This document shows positions 20,144 to 29,394 of a DNA stretch of 58,724 nucleotides, one piece after another (the first letter of the stretch is position 1; each line of letters opens with the position of its first letter). The notes beneath the pieces are model-generated. The model saw only the letters and a list, made by a program, of their open reading frames with translations, had not been told where the DNA came from and ran no database searches. This DNA is from an uncultured archaeon. Lineage in GTDB: Archaea; Altiarchaeota; Altiarchaeia; JAFGQM01. The stretch spans positions 132,815 to 191,538 of the forward strand of contig CAZUDQ010000002.1 in NCBI GenBank assembly GCA_964619365.1. Direction: 5' to 3'. The translations under genes were made by a program, and so were the position numbers.

Positions 20144-20246
20144 AGTATTGTTTTTTTAACATTAACAACTTATTATTAAACTCTAAAAGAAGATAAACAT
20201 AGCTTTTCTAACTCTTTGTTCAAAACTAACACGCGAAGGAAATAAA

Positions 20247-21155
20247 ATGTTTGATTTGGTGATTATCGGAGCAGGACCTGCGGGGCTTTCAGCTGCAAAT
20301 GAAGCAAAAAAGCTAGGACTTGATTATATCTGCTTAGAAAAAGGCGTTGTTGCAAACACAATTGTTGATTATCCTCCAAATAAGGACATTCTTTACACGC
20401 CCCTAGACTTAAAATGTGAAGGTGACCTTCCACTTCCTGAAGGGAAAGTAGAAGGCTTAATCAAAGCCTGGCAGGACTTTGCAAAGAAGTTTAATATCAA
20501 AGAGCACGCGGAAGTCACGGAAATAACTAAAAAAGACGGATATTTCATCATAAGTACAAAATGTGAGGACTTTGAAGCAAAATTTGTTCTTGTTTCAGCA
20601 GGCGTTCAGGGCAGCCCGCGCACCTTAGACCTTCCATGCTGCGAAAAAGCACAGTTGATTTATAAAATTTCAGATCCAGCTAAGTTCTCAGGTAAAAAAG
20701 TCATTGTAGTTGGTGGCGGCGATACTGCAATTGAACATGCGATGCTCCTCAAAGATGCTGGAGCTAATGTTACATTATCATACCGAAAGCCAGAATTCTT
20801 TAGGATTAAGGAAGCCAATTCTGTGGCTATTACTGAGAGCAAAATACCAATCATATTCGAGTCAAATGTCATCTCAGTCAAAGACGGCATTGCAACTCTT
20901 GACATAAATGGCAAGCAAAAAGAGATTCCTGCCGACTTTATCGCTGTTTTTGCAGGAACTGTGCCCGCAACTGCCTTTTTAGAAAAAATTGGACTCATCC
21001 TTGAAAACAATAAGCCAAACTATGATTTGGAGACTTTAGAATCAACTGACATCCCAGGAATATTCATTGCAGGAGACTTAACAAAACAGCCACTTATAAA
21101 ACCCGCAATAAATCAGGGCGTAAAAGTGGTATCTGAAATAAAAAAGCGAATTTAA
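20247..21155 (+). CDS. NAD(P)/FAD-dependent oxidoreductase (TrxB/YpdA-like, no CxxC)
   Basis: IIGAGPAG, VVGGGDTA, YR, GIFIAGD. Confidence 0.85.
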   Translation: MFDLVIIGAGPAGLSAANEAKKLGLDYICLEKGVVANTIVDYPPNKDILYTPLDLKCEGDLPLPEGKVEGLIKAWQDFAKKFNIKEHAEVTEITKKDGYFIISTKCEDFEAKFVLVSAGVQGSPRTLDLPCCEKAQLIYKISDPAKFSGKKVIVVGGGDTAIEHAMLLKDAGANVTLSYRKPEFFRIKEANSVAITESKIPIIFESNVISVKDGIATLDINGKQKEIPADFIAVFAGTVPATAFLEKIGLILENNKPNYDLETLESTDIPGIFIAGDLTKQPLIKPAINQGVKVVSEIKKRI

Positions 21156-21156
21156 T

Positions 21157-22443
21157 ATGGATTTAAGAGAATTTTTAGATAAGCTTGACTCGGAAGGAAA
21201 GCTTCTTAAAAAAGAGGGTGGGAATCCTGATGTAGAGATAGCAGACCTGATATTTTCAGAGAAATCCCCAATACTTTTTAGCGGTCTTGGCAAATATCGC
21301 CTTGTTTCAGGTGTTTGCATGAGTAGAGACTTAATCGCAGATTATCTGGGTTGCGATAAAAACGAGCTTATATTTAAAATCGCAGATGCTCTTGACACCC
21401 CGATTGACCCGGTTATAACTGATACGCCAGCACCATGCCAGGAAGTCGAAGAGGAAAAAGTCGACCTTGAAGAAATTCCAATACTTAAGCATTATTCAAA
21501 AGACGACGGCAATTACATCACAGCAGGTCTTGTATTCATAAAAAATCCAGACGGAAGCCAGAATGTGGCCTACCACCGGATGAAGCGCATTGGAAAAGAC
21601 AAGCTTGTCGGGCGAATCTGTGAGCGCGATACCTTTAAGTGCATAAAGGAGAAGGGTGGCACCAGCGAAATCGCAATCTCCCTTGGAAACGTACCTTCAA
21701 TGCTAATTGCGGCCTCAACCAGCTTAAAAGGTGTTGATGAGACTAAGATTGCGGGCGCCCTTGAGAACAAACCAGTAACTCTCATCAAATGTAAAACCGT
21801 TGATATAAACGTCCCCTCAAATTGCGAGATTGTCCTTGAAGGAACAATATCTTTTGACGAGCGCGCGCAGGAAGGAAAGTTTGTGGATATGACAGGCACT
21901 TATGATTCATTTCGCGAGCAGCCGGTAATCACGATAAAGAAGATAACGCATAGAAAAAATCCGATTTATCAGGCAATTGTTCCAGGGAAAACCGAGCACC
22001 GGCTTCTTATGGGCATGCCAAAGGAGCCAACAATCCTAAAAGCAGTATCTCAGGTATGCGACTGCAAAAACGTCAATCTGACACCCGGTGGCTGCTCATG
22101 GCTCCATTCTGTAATCCAGATAAAGAAGAACTCTGAAAACGACCCAAAAAATGCGATAAAAGCGGCATTTAACGGTCACAAATCAATGAAACGAGTGATT
22201 GTCGTTGATGAGGATATAGACCTATTTGACCCTGAAGATGTTGAGTGGGCGATTGCAACACGTGTACAGGCGCACAGGGATGTCATGCTTTTCCCGGGCG
22301 AGCCTGGCTCATCCCTTGATCCTTCAGCCGAAGACGACCCGAATTCTGACAGACGCCTGACAACAAAATGGGGGATTGATGCGACAATACCTGCCGGTGG
22401 CAAAAAAGAGCATTTCCTGCGCGCAAGTGAATTGCAGGAATAA
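21157..22443 (+). CDS. ubiD: UbiD-family prFMN-dependent decarboxylase (probable anhydromevalonate-phosphate decarboxylase)
   Basis: EIVLEG, EGKFVDMTGTYD, GGCSWLH, VVDEDID, EWAIATR, SSLDPS, GIDAT. Confidence 0.88.
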   Translation: MDLREFLDKLDSEGKLLKKEGGNPDVEIADLIFSEKSPILFSGLGKYRLVSGVCMSRDLIADYLGCDKNELIFKIADALDTPIDPVITDTPAPCQEVEEEKVDLEEIPILKHYSKDDGNYITAGLVFIKNPDGSQNVAYHRMKRIGKDKLVGRICERDTFKCIKEKGGTSEIAISLGNVPSMLIAASTSLKGVDETKIAGALENKPVTLIKCKTVDINVPSNCEIVLEGTISFDERAQEGKFVDMTGTYDSFREQPVITIKKITHRKNPIYQAIVPGKTEHRLLMGMPKEPTILKAVSQVCDCKNVNLTPGGCSWLHSVIQIKKNSENDPKNAIKAAFNGHKSMKRVIVVDEDIDLFDPEDVEWAIATRVQAHRDVMLFPGEPGSSLDPSAEDDPNSDRRLTTKWGIDATIPAGGKKEHFLRASELQE

Positions 22444-22444
22444 A

Positions 22445-22756
22445 ATGAGCATAAAGCGATTCAGCAAACAGTCGGGAGACGAACTGGTATCGCATCTTAA
22501 GAATTTTCTTCTTATGGGAGACGCCGATTCCTTTGACATTAAGATTGATACCTTTGCAAAAGTCGCAGAAGTAAAAAAAGCGCGCCCAGGGGGTAAAGGC
22601 AGTTCAAAAAAGAAAGAACACATACGTTCTTTGATGCCTAATATGCAGCCCAAAAAAAGAAAGCAGGTCCTCTCAAAAAAACGTCAGGAAAAGCCAAAAT
22701 TAAAAACTGTCAGAAACGGCCGGATGATAAACTTAAAAGGATATGAAGGTTATTGA
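22445..22756 (+). CDS. small basic hypothetical protein
   Basis: ATG immediately after the ubiD stop. Lys/Arg-rich. Confidence 0.55.
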   Translation: MSIKRFSKQSGDELVSHLKNFLLMGDADSFDIKIDTFAKVAEVKKARPGGKGSSKKKEHIRSLMPNMQPKKRKQVLSKKRQEKPKLKTVRNGRMINLKGYEGY

Positions 22757-23217
22757 AGCGCCCTGACCAGATTCACATCAAGTGTTATTTCATTTGTAAA
22801 ACCCTTTGGGTTTTTTGTAACAACTCCCCTTGCTTCAAGACCGGATATAGTCCTTGATATCTTTACTTTCCCAATTCCGGTTTCAGAGACTATTTTGGAT
22901 TGGGTCATAGTCCCGCCTTCTTTTGCAAGAATCTCGATTACCTTTCTTTCTGAAGAGTCAAGAAGCCTTAGAATAGGGCTTAAATCTTTTTTTTCCTGTT
23001 CCCTGAATTGCGCGCTGAGAAAATAGTATACAAGGCAGCCTACAAGGAGGCCTGCTGAGGATAAAATAGGAATCAAAAGTTCAACTGGAAACTCGCAACC
23101 GCAAACTGTACCTGAGAGGATGAGTGATTGTGCGTACATGGAAGCCAGTGAAACTGCCAAGATAAATCCAGTGAGAAGGATTATTCCCATTACAAGTTTT
23201 TGAGCATTTGATTCCAT
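22750..23217 (-). CDS. membrane-bound winged-helix transcriptional regulator (2 TM + wHTH)
   Basis: Two TM helices with a CGC loop, then L...ER..I..L...GG..TQS.I...TG..K.KISR....LE.RG. Confidence 0.8.
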   Translation of the reverse strand: MESNAQKLVMGIILLTGFILAVSLASMYAQSLILSGTVCGCEFPVELLIPILSSAGLLVGCLVYYFLSAQFREQEKKDLSPILRLLDSSERKVIEILAKEGGTMTQSKIVSETGIGKVKISRTISGLEARGVVTKNPKGFTNEITLDVNLVRALQ

Positions 23218-23239
23218 TTTGTCCGCACGCTTAAGGTAG

Positions 23240-23260
23240 TCGTTTCATAAATCGAAACGA
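23240..23260. promoter_or_regulatory. inverted repeat TCGTTTC-N7-GAAACGA, putative operator in a divergent promoter
   Basis: Perfect 7-bp arms between the regulator gene and the thioredoxin-like operon, next to TATATATA. Confidence 0.5.
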
Positions 23261-23308
23261 GACTATATATACTGTTTCATTATAATATACTCCAATAAAA
23301 GGAAAACA

Positions 23309-24370
23309 ATGAATACACGACTGATACTTATAATAGCACTCATTGCAGTAATTGCTGCGGGCTTTTATCTTGGCTTCCAGTCGACATGTGATAATGCGTG
23401 CGAAAAATGCGGGAGCATTGGCGGCGAATGCACATGCGACTCCATGTGTGCATCTCAGGCTTGTGCAAACCAAGAAAGTCCCACCCCCGCAAAGGAAAAT
23501 GTCTCAAAAGAGCCAATAGCCATCGTTGAGGACAAGAACCTGAATTCATTGATAAACAAGACAAATATCAACCAAACGCCCGAAGGTAATCCTAATCCTA
23601 AAGACAATATAACAATAATAATTCAGTCTCCGGATAACACAAAAAACGATTCGCCTGAAACTGAGTCAATATTTCCGGACGAGCCAACAGAAATACGTAT
23701 CTTTTGGCAAGAGGGTTGCCTTCAATGTGCAAACCAAAAGGTTTTTTTGAATAAAATGTCTCTTATTTATCCTGAACTTAAGGTCACAACCCTTGATATT
23801 GATGGGGGTGACAACTTAGAGGACTTAAAAGAAATTTGCACGAAACGAGGGATAAACTGCGATATAACTCCCCTTACAATTATCGGAGATCTTGCATTCG
23901 AAGGGTTTTATAATGGAGACGGAAGACTCGTTGGCTATGTTGATGAAAATTCTTATAAAGGCTATGAAGGGGTTATCTATGATGTTATAGCTACAATGTT
24001 TGGATCAAAAGAAAAAAGTCCCCCAGAGTCCTTTGATGGATCGTGGTGGGACGGAGCAAATATTTCCCTATCAATTAATGGAGTTGACTTCATAAGTCAT
24101 GACCCGATATATGCACTTTTTTCGATATGGTCACCAAAGGCGGCTCATGGCGTGCGCATAATGGGTAATGGTGTAGAAGGATATTTCAAGGTCGATGATT
24201 TAGTTGATCTGAAAGCTGGACAGAATTATTTTGTTTTAGAAGACATGACGCCAGCCTGCTTTTCTTGTGCGAATTTCCAGCCCGGGGAATATACAATTTC
24301 ATTATTTGTCAAGGACGAATCAGAACAAATAGCCAAAGCGGATTTTACTATATATATTGAGGACGATTAA
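23309..24370 (+). CDS. membrane-anchored extracellular thioredoxin/glutaredoxin-like protein
   Basis: N-terminal TM, Cys-rich patch, FWQEGCLQC...TPLTIIG (CxxC plus cis-Pro). Confidence 0.7.
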   Translation: MNTRLILIIALIAVIAAGFYLGFQSTCDNACEKCGSIGGECTCDSMCASQACANQESPTPAKENVSKEPIAIVEDKNLNSLINKTNINQTPEGNPNPKDNITIIIQSPDNTKNDSPETESIFPDEPTEIRIFWQEGCLQCANQKVFLNKMSLIYPELKVTTLDIDGGDNLEDLKEICTKRGINCDITPLTIIGDLAFEGFYNGDGRLVGYVDENSYKGYEGVIYDVIATMFGSKEKSPPESFDGSWWDGANISLSINGVDFISHDPIYALFSIWSPKAAHGVRIMGNGVEGYFKVDDLVDLKAGQNYFVLEDMTPACFSCANFQPGEYTISLFVKDESEQIAKADFTIYIEDD

Positions 24371-24371
24371 A

Positions 24372-25883
24372 ATGGATAAAAAAACAGTTATAGGGATATT
24401 TGCAGTAATACTTTTATTGTGTGTTGCAGTTGATGCATACCTTATTGGTGACCTTACAGAAACACCTCTAAACAATAACCTTGAAGGGCTTGTTCTTGAG
24501 ACTGTAAGTGAATGTGAAGACGGAAATGTATGTGTGGTGTTATTTTGGGGTGAAGGCTGTCCACATTGTACAACAGAGAAAATTTTCTTGGGAAAATTAA
24601 AAGAAACTTATCCTGAGATTCAAGTTATTGACTATGAAGTGTTTGATTGTGAAGACAATTTTGATGTCTTTGAGGAATGCACGAGCACCTTTGATTATCC
24701 ATCTCAAGTTCCGATAACTGTTGTTGGCAACTGGTCTATGATGGGTTATGATTCTGATGCAATAGAAGGTGCAAGAGTTGAAGCAGAGGTCAGAAAGGCT
24801 TTAGGTCTTGATGCAGATGAAATCTCTGAATTTGTTGTGGAATTGCCAGGTATTGGAATTGTTGATACGCGTGATATGGGAGTTCTAGCATCAACCATAA
24901 TAATAGGGTTCCTTGATGGATTTAATCCATGCGCATTTTTTGTCTTAATGATGCTTCTTACCTTCCTCATATACGCAAAATCTCGGGGGAAAATGCTTGT
25001 TGTAGGGTTTACGTTTGTCTTTGTTTCAGCTCTTGTATATTTCATGGCAATGGCTCTTATCTATATGGGTCTTGACTACGCAAGCGAGCTTATAACAACA
25101 GAATGGCTCCTCATGATAGGTGGAGCAATAGCCCTTGTTGTAGGGTTTATAAACATAAAGGATTTCTTCTTTTTCAAAAAAGGAGTCTCGCTTACAATAT
25201 CTGAAGATAAAAAACCAAAATTGTATAAGCGCATGCGTTCTCTTCTTAAGTCACAAAGCATGATAGAGCTTGTCGGTGCGACAATAATCCTGGCGCTTGT
25301 TGCAAACAGTTACGAACTCGTTTGTACAGCCGCCATGCCGTTAGTATACAATAATCTTCTCCTTGCTCAAGGATTTGGAATGATGGAGGCACTTATGTAC
25401 ATCGCCTTATACTGTGCAATATATATCTTACCGCTTCTTACAATCGTTCTTCTCTTTGTCTGGAAGTTTAACCGTGAGAAGATGAGTGAAGAATCCGGCC
25501 AGACGCTAAAAGCAATATCTGGTATTATGATGATAGGATTTGGACTACTTTTGATACTTGCACCAAACGCCCTTTCATCAATTACAACAATGATTGGAGT
25601 TATGCTCTTTGCAATTGGTGTCGGACTGGGACTCTCGTTTTCTAAGAAAATAAGGGAACTTGGTCAAAAGATGTTGATTGTGGCCTTTGTATGCCTGCTT
25701 TTTGCACAAATAGGCCTCGGGATGATACTTACTCCTCAGACCAGCTCGGATATGATATATTTATTATGGATAACCAGTAACTCTTTAGTACTTGCTATTA
25801 TTGCAACAAAACTTGCAAGTAGGCTAGATATCAGGGATAATAAGGACGAGAAAGAAAATGACCAACTTACCAAAGGACCTTAA
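24372..25883 (+). CDS. glutaredoxin-like domain fused to a DsbD/CcdA-like membrane domain
   Basis: FWGEGCPHC...VP, then LDGFNPCA and ELVCTA in a multi-TM domain. Confidence 0.82.
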   Translation: MDKKTVIGIFAVILLLCVAVDAYLIGDLTETPLNNNLEGLVLETVSECEDGNVCVVLFWGEGCPHCTTEKIFLGKLKETYPEIQVIDYEVFDCEDNFDVFEECTSTFDYPSQVPITVVGNWSMMGYDSDAIEGARVEAEVRKALGLDADEISEFVVELPGIGIVDTRDMGVLASTIIIGFLDGFNPCAFFVLMMLLTFLIYAKSRGKMLVVGFTFVFVSALVYFMAMALIYMGLDYASELITTEWLLMIGGAIALVVGFINIKDFFFFKKGVSLTISEDKKPKLYKRMRSLLKSQSMIELVGATIILALVANSYELVCTAAMPLVYNNLLLAQGFGMMEALMYIALYCAIYILPLLTIVLLFVWKFNREKMSEESGQTLKAISGIMMIGFGLLLILAPNALSSITTMIGVMLFAIGVGLGLSFSKKIRELGQKMLIVAFVCLLFAQIGLGMILTPQTSSDMIYLLWITSNSLVLAIIATKLASRLDIRDNKDEKENDQLTKGP

Positions 25884-26235
25884 ATACTCGGAGTTTGCAT
25901 GGCTTCAGATAGAAGGGAAAAAAGCTAAAATCGGTGTAACTGATTATGCCATAAAAGCTGCAAAAGAGATAATAATGGTAGACTTACCTGAAGTCGATAA
26001 AGTGATAAAGAAGGGTGAGGACTTTGTTTCAATCGAATCTGTGAAATGGAGCGGCCATATAGCAAGCCCCGTTTCTGGAAAGGTTGTAGAAGTCAACAAT
26101 GAGCTTTTTGACGAGCCGCAGTATGTCAGTGAGATTCCCTACGAAGCATGGATTTGTAAAATTGAGCTTTCTGACCCAAAAGAACTAGATTCTTTAGAGG
26201 ATGCAAAAAGTGCTTCTGAAAAATGGACAAAATAA
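25858..26235 (+). CDS. gcvH: glycine-cleavage-H-like lipoyl carrier protein
   Basis: LKYSE..W, IGVTDYA, lipoyl-Lys motif IESVK, SPVSG.V.EVN, PY..W. Confidence 0.92.
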   Translation: MTNLPKDLKYSEFAWLQIEGKKAKIGVTDYAIKAAKEIIMVDLPEVDKVIKKGEDFVSIESVKWSGHIASPVSGKVVEVNNELFDEPQYVSEIPYEAWICKIELSDPKELDSLEDAKSASEKWTK

Positions 26236-26239
26236 AAGA

Positions 26240-27475
26240 GTGCCTAAGGAACTTGTTATAATCGGCTGTGGGGACGCAGGCCTTTCTGCTGCCTTTGCGG
26301 CGGCAAAAGACGGGGCGCATGTAACTGTTGTTTCCAATGAAAGCGAACATTATCCACGTTGCCCCCTTCCCCATCTAATCGCAGGCGAATACAAAAAATC
26401 CGATTTGTCAAAACCATTAGATGATATGTTTAAAGGTACAAGTGTCGTTATAAAGAAAGGCCAGGTGCTTAAACTAAAAGACATCAGCCTTGAATGCGAC
26501 TTTGGGGAATTGTCCTATGATGCGGCCATCATTGCAAGCGGGGCAAGTCCAAAACGAATAGCAGACTCATTAGTCCTAAGGACTATGGACGATGCCCTTG
26601 AAATAAAGAGGCGAATTGATGCTGGAGAACGCGGACTCATAATCGGTGCGGGAATGATAGGTTGCGAACTCGCAGATGCTATTGACGGAACAATTATTGA
26701 GAAAGAAAACCGGATTCTTCCTAGATTTGACCCGGAGTTCTCAAAAGAAGTCGAAAAAAGGCTTTCTTTGCGATGCAAAATCCTAACCAGCACAACTGAT
26801 GCCCCAAAGAGTGATTTTACAGTTTCTGCAATCGGTGTAAGTCCCAATACGACTCTTGCAAAAGACTCAGGCATAAAGGTAAGTGATTTTGGGATTGAAG
26901 TTGATTCATGCCTTAAGACTTCAAAAGAAAACGTTTATGCTGCAGGCGATTGCGTGGCTGAAAAGTGTTTTATAACTGGCGCAAGGATACATAGTTATTA
27001 TGGCCCGCAATCTGAACGGCAGGGGGTGATTGCAGCAAAAAACGCCTTGGATGAAAAATGTGATAATGGCTGTTTTAGGTATCCAGGCTCTTTAAATTCT
27101 ATTGTCGCAAAGATAGCAGATATTGAGATAGGTATGGCAGGAATCTCTTCGGAGCGGGCAAAAGAAGCGGGAATCGATTTTACATTTGGGAAAATATCAA
27201 CTACATCACTTCCCTACTATTCCCCTTTTGGCAAAAAAATAGTCGTCAAGATGCTTTTTGAACGGGAAACCGAGCGTTTAATAGGCTGTCAGGCGATGGG
27301 TGAAAGGATAGACGGGATAATCAACCTTGCTGCATATGCGATGATGAAAAGCGCATCTGTAAATGAACTTATGAACTTGCCGTATTGTTTCTCACCTCCG
27401 GTTTGTTCTGCCCCAAATCCGATAATAATATGCGCTGAAAACGCAAAACGCAGGCTAAAAACAAAAATATGTTAA
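26240..27475 (+). CDS. FAD-dependent oxidoreductase, CoA-disulfide reductase/NADH oxidase family
   Basis: IIGCGDAG, single redox Cys in YPRCPLP, IIGAGMIG, YAAGDC, C-terminal YCFSPPV. GTG start. Confidence 0.82.
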   Translation: MPKELVIIGCGDAGLSAAFAAAKDGAHVTVVSNESEHYPRCPLPHLIAGEYKKSDLSKPLDDMFKGTSVVIKKGQVLKLKDISLECDFGELSYDAAIIASGASPKRIADSLVLRTMDDALEIKRRIDAGERGLIIGAGMIGCELADAIDGTIIEKENRILPRFDPEFSKEVEKRLSLRCKILTSTTDAPKSDFTVSAIGVSPNTTLAKDSGIKVSDFGIEVDSCLKTSKENVYAAGDCVAEKCFITGARIHSYYGPQSERQGVIAAKNALDEKCDNGCFRYPGSLNSIVAKIADIEIGMAGISSERAKEAGIDFTFGKISTTSLPYYSPFGKKIVVKMLFERETERLIGCQAMGERIDGIINLAAYAMMKSASVNELMNLPYCFSPPVCSAPNPIIICAENAKRRLKTKIC

Positions 27476-27828
27476 AAAACAAAATGACAACAGGCAATAT
27501 GGACACAAAGCTTAAGGAATGTGTGGAGACAATAGGTCGTATGCAAGAGGCTCAGCCAGAAGCAACCTGTGCTTTTATGGGTTTTTTGAAGGCAGCTGAA
27601 GAGGGTGGAAGCCTTGAGGTGAAATATAAGGAGTTAATTGCAGTTGCATTGTCCGTTTCAACACACTGTGAATGGTGCATAGCATTTCACGTAAAAGCGG
27701 CTCTTGACGCCGGCGCAAAACCAGACGAGATAAAGGATGCTGCTATGATGGCAGTAGTCATGGGTGGGGGTCCTTCGTTGATGTATGCAAAACACGTTTT
27801 TGATGCAATAGATGACTTCACAAAATAA
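27469..27828 (+). CDS. carboxymuconolactone decarboxylase/AhpD-like protein
   Basis: KELIAVALSV..HCEWCIAFH...A...GA, MGGGPS. The start could be 27484 or later. Confidence 0.88.
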   Translation: MLKNKMTTGNMDTKLKECVETIGRMQEAQPEATCAFMGFLKAAEEGGSLEVKYKELIAVALSVSTHCEWCIAFHVKAALDAGAKPDEIKDAAMMAVVMGGGPSLMYAKHVFDAIDDFTK

Positions 27829-28675
27829 GGAAGAAAGCTATTTGCCAAAACCTGCCTGGTTAAAGGTGCCATTTCCTTCAGGAAGCGTTCATTCACAAGT
27901 AAGGGCGCTTCTTGGGGAAAATTCCTTACATACCATTTGCCAGGAGGCAAACTGCCCAAATATGGCAGAATGCTTTGGACAAAAAAACGCGGCCTTCATG
28001 ATACTCGGAGATACCTGCACGCGCAATTGTAAGTATTGTGCCGTCAAAAAAGGAGTTCCAAAGGGAGTGGACTGCACTGAGCCTGAGCATCTCTTAAACG
28101 CGGTTTTAGCCCTTGGATTAAATTATGTTACAATAACCTCACCCACACGAGACGACCTCCCCGATGGGGGTGCAAGCCATTTTGCAGAGTGCATAAGTAC
28201 TATACGAGCAAAACTGCCAAATTGTAAAATAGAAGTCCTCATACCTGATTTTAAAGGCAATCACGACGCGCTTAAGACGATTATTCTGGCAAAGCCTGAT
28301 ATCATAAATCATAATATCGAAGTTGTAGAAAGATTATTTCCGATAGTCCGGGCGGGCGGGGATTACTCTTGTTCTATCCAGCTCCTTAAACAAGTATCCA
28401 AATCCGGGATAACAACAAAATCCGGCATGATGCTGGGTCTTGGCGAATCTAACAAAGAAATCCTAGCGACTTTTTCTGACTTGAGGGATGCTGGTGTCAG
28501 CCTGCTTTCAATAGGTCAATACCTTAGACCTACAAGAAAACATTATCCTGTACAGAAATATTACACACCCCAAGAATTTGCCGAATTCAAAAAGAAGGGT
28601 GAGGCGATGGGTTTTTCGCATGTCGAGTCTGGACCCCTTGTACGAAGTTCATATCACGCATGCGATTATATTTAA
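27812..28675 (+). CDS. lipA: lipoyl synthase
   Basis: CQEANCPNMAEC (CX4CX5C), CTRNCKYC, RDDLPDGGA, GQYLRP, RSSY. Confidence 0.96.
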   Translation: MTSQNKEESYLPKPAWLKVPFPSGSVHSQVRALLGENSLHTICQEANCPNMAECFGQKNAAFMILGDTCTRNCKYCAVKKGVPKGVDCTEPEHLLNAVLALGLNYVTITSPTRDDLPDGGASHFAECISTIRAKLPNCKIEVLIPDFKGNHDALKTIILAKPDIINHNIEVVERLFPIVRAGGDYSCSIQLLKQVSKSGITTKSGMMLGLGESNKEILATFSDLRDAGVSLLSIGQYLRPTRKHYPVQKYYTPQEFAEFKKKGEAMGFSHVESGPLVRSSYHACDYI

Positions 28676-28682
28676 TCTAAAA

Positions 28683-29393
28683 ATGGAACTACGGTTAATC
28701 GAATCTGGTGAGTGCGACCCTGCGCTCAATATGGCAATTGATGAAGCGATAACAAATTCGGGCATACCCACACTACGCTTGTTTTCATGGGATGCCCCTG
28801 CAGTGACTATGGGATATTTCCAAAAGGCAAATGAGGTGGCAAAACTTGATTTGTGTAAGAATGACGGCGTTTCTGTAATAAGAAGAATAAGTGCCGGGGG
28901 GACTGTCTTTCACGGAAAAGGAAGCTTTACTTATTCCCTTTGTGTTCCGCAAGGCGAACTTGGCATGGAAAATGATGTCGTATGCAAATGGCTTTGCGAT
29001 GCGATAATAACAACACTTGCTAAAATCGGTGTCAAAGGGGAATTTAAGCCGCCAAACGACGTTTTAATTGATGGCAAGAAGGTATCGGGCAACGCCCAGG
29101 CGACAAAAAATGGCAGTTTCTTGCAGCACGGGACAATAATTGTAAGTGATTGCATAACTGACGCTGTTAAATACTTAAACATACCAAAGGGCAAAAAGCC
29201 GATAACATCAGTCTGTAGCGAGCTTGGACGGAAAGTGGAAACAGAAGAGCTCAATCGCTTTATGATTGAGGCATTTAAGGAAGACTCGCATGTACGAGTC
29301 TTGAAGCCTGCAAAGCTATCTGAAGAGGAACTTGCTTACGCAAAAGAGCTTTGTGAGAAATATTCTTCAGACGAATGGAACCTTTCAAAATAG
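28683..29393 (+). CDS. lplA: lipoate--protein ligase/octanoyltransferase catalytic domain (LplA/LipM family)
   Basis: NMAIDEA, RRISAGGTVFH, ND, KKVSGNAQ, QHGT. Confidence 0.88.
   Translation: MELRLIESGECDPALNMAIDEAITNSGIPTLRLFSWDAPAVTMGYFQKANEVAKLDLCKNDGVSVIRRISAGGTVFHGKGSFTYSLCVPQGELGMENDVVCKWLCDAIITTLAKIGVKGEFKPPNDVLIDGKKVSGNAQATKNGSFLQHGTIIVSDCITDAVKYLNIPKGKKPITSVCSELGRKVETEELNRFMIEAFKEDSHVRVLKPAKLSEEELAYAKELCEKYSSDEWNLSK
29281..29302. repeat. 22-bp dispersed palindrome, copy 3 (AAGACTCGCA-TG-TaCGAGTCTT), inside lplA
   Basis: One mismatch. Encodes part of EDSHVRVL. Confidence 0.85.
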
Positions 29394-29394
29394 A

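Noticed and set aside
26240-27475. Dihydrolipoamide dehydrogenase (Lpd)
   Set aside because: It lacks the CxxxxC disulfide and the HPTxxE motif; the motifs fit the CoADR/NOX family.
28611-28632. Sixth copy of the 22-bp palindrome in lipA (half-sites also near 36121 and 36877)
   Set aside because: It needs an indel and many mismatches, and it coincides with the conserved HVESGP peptide. The other two are single arms only.
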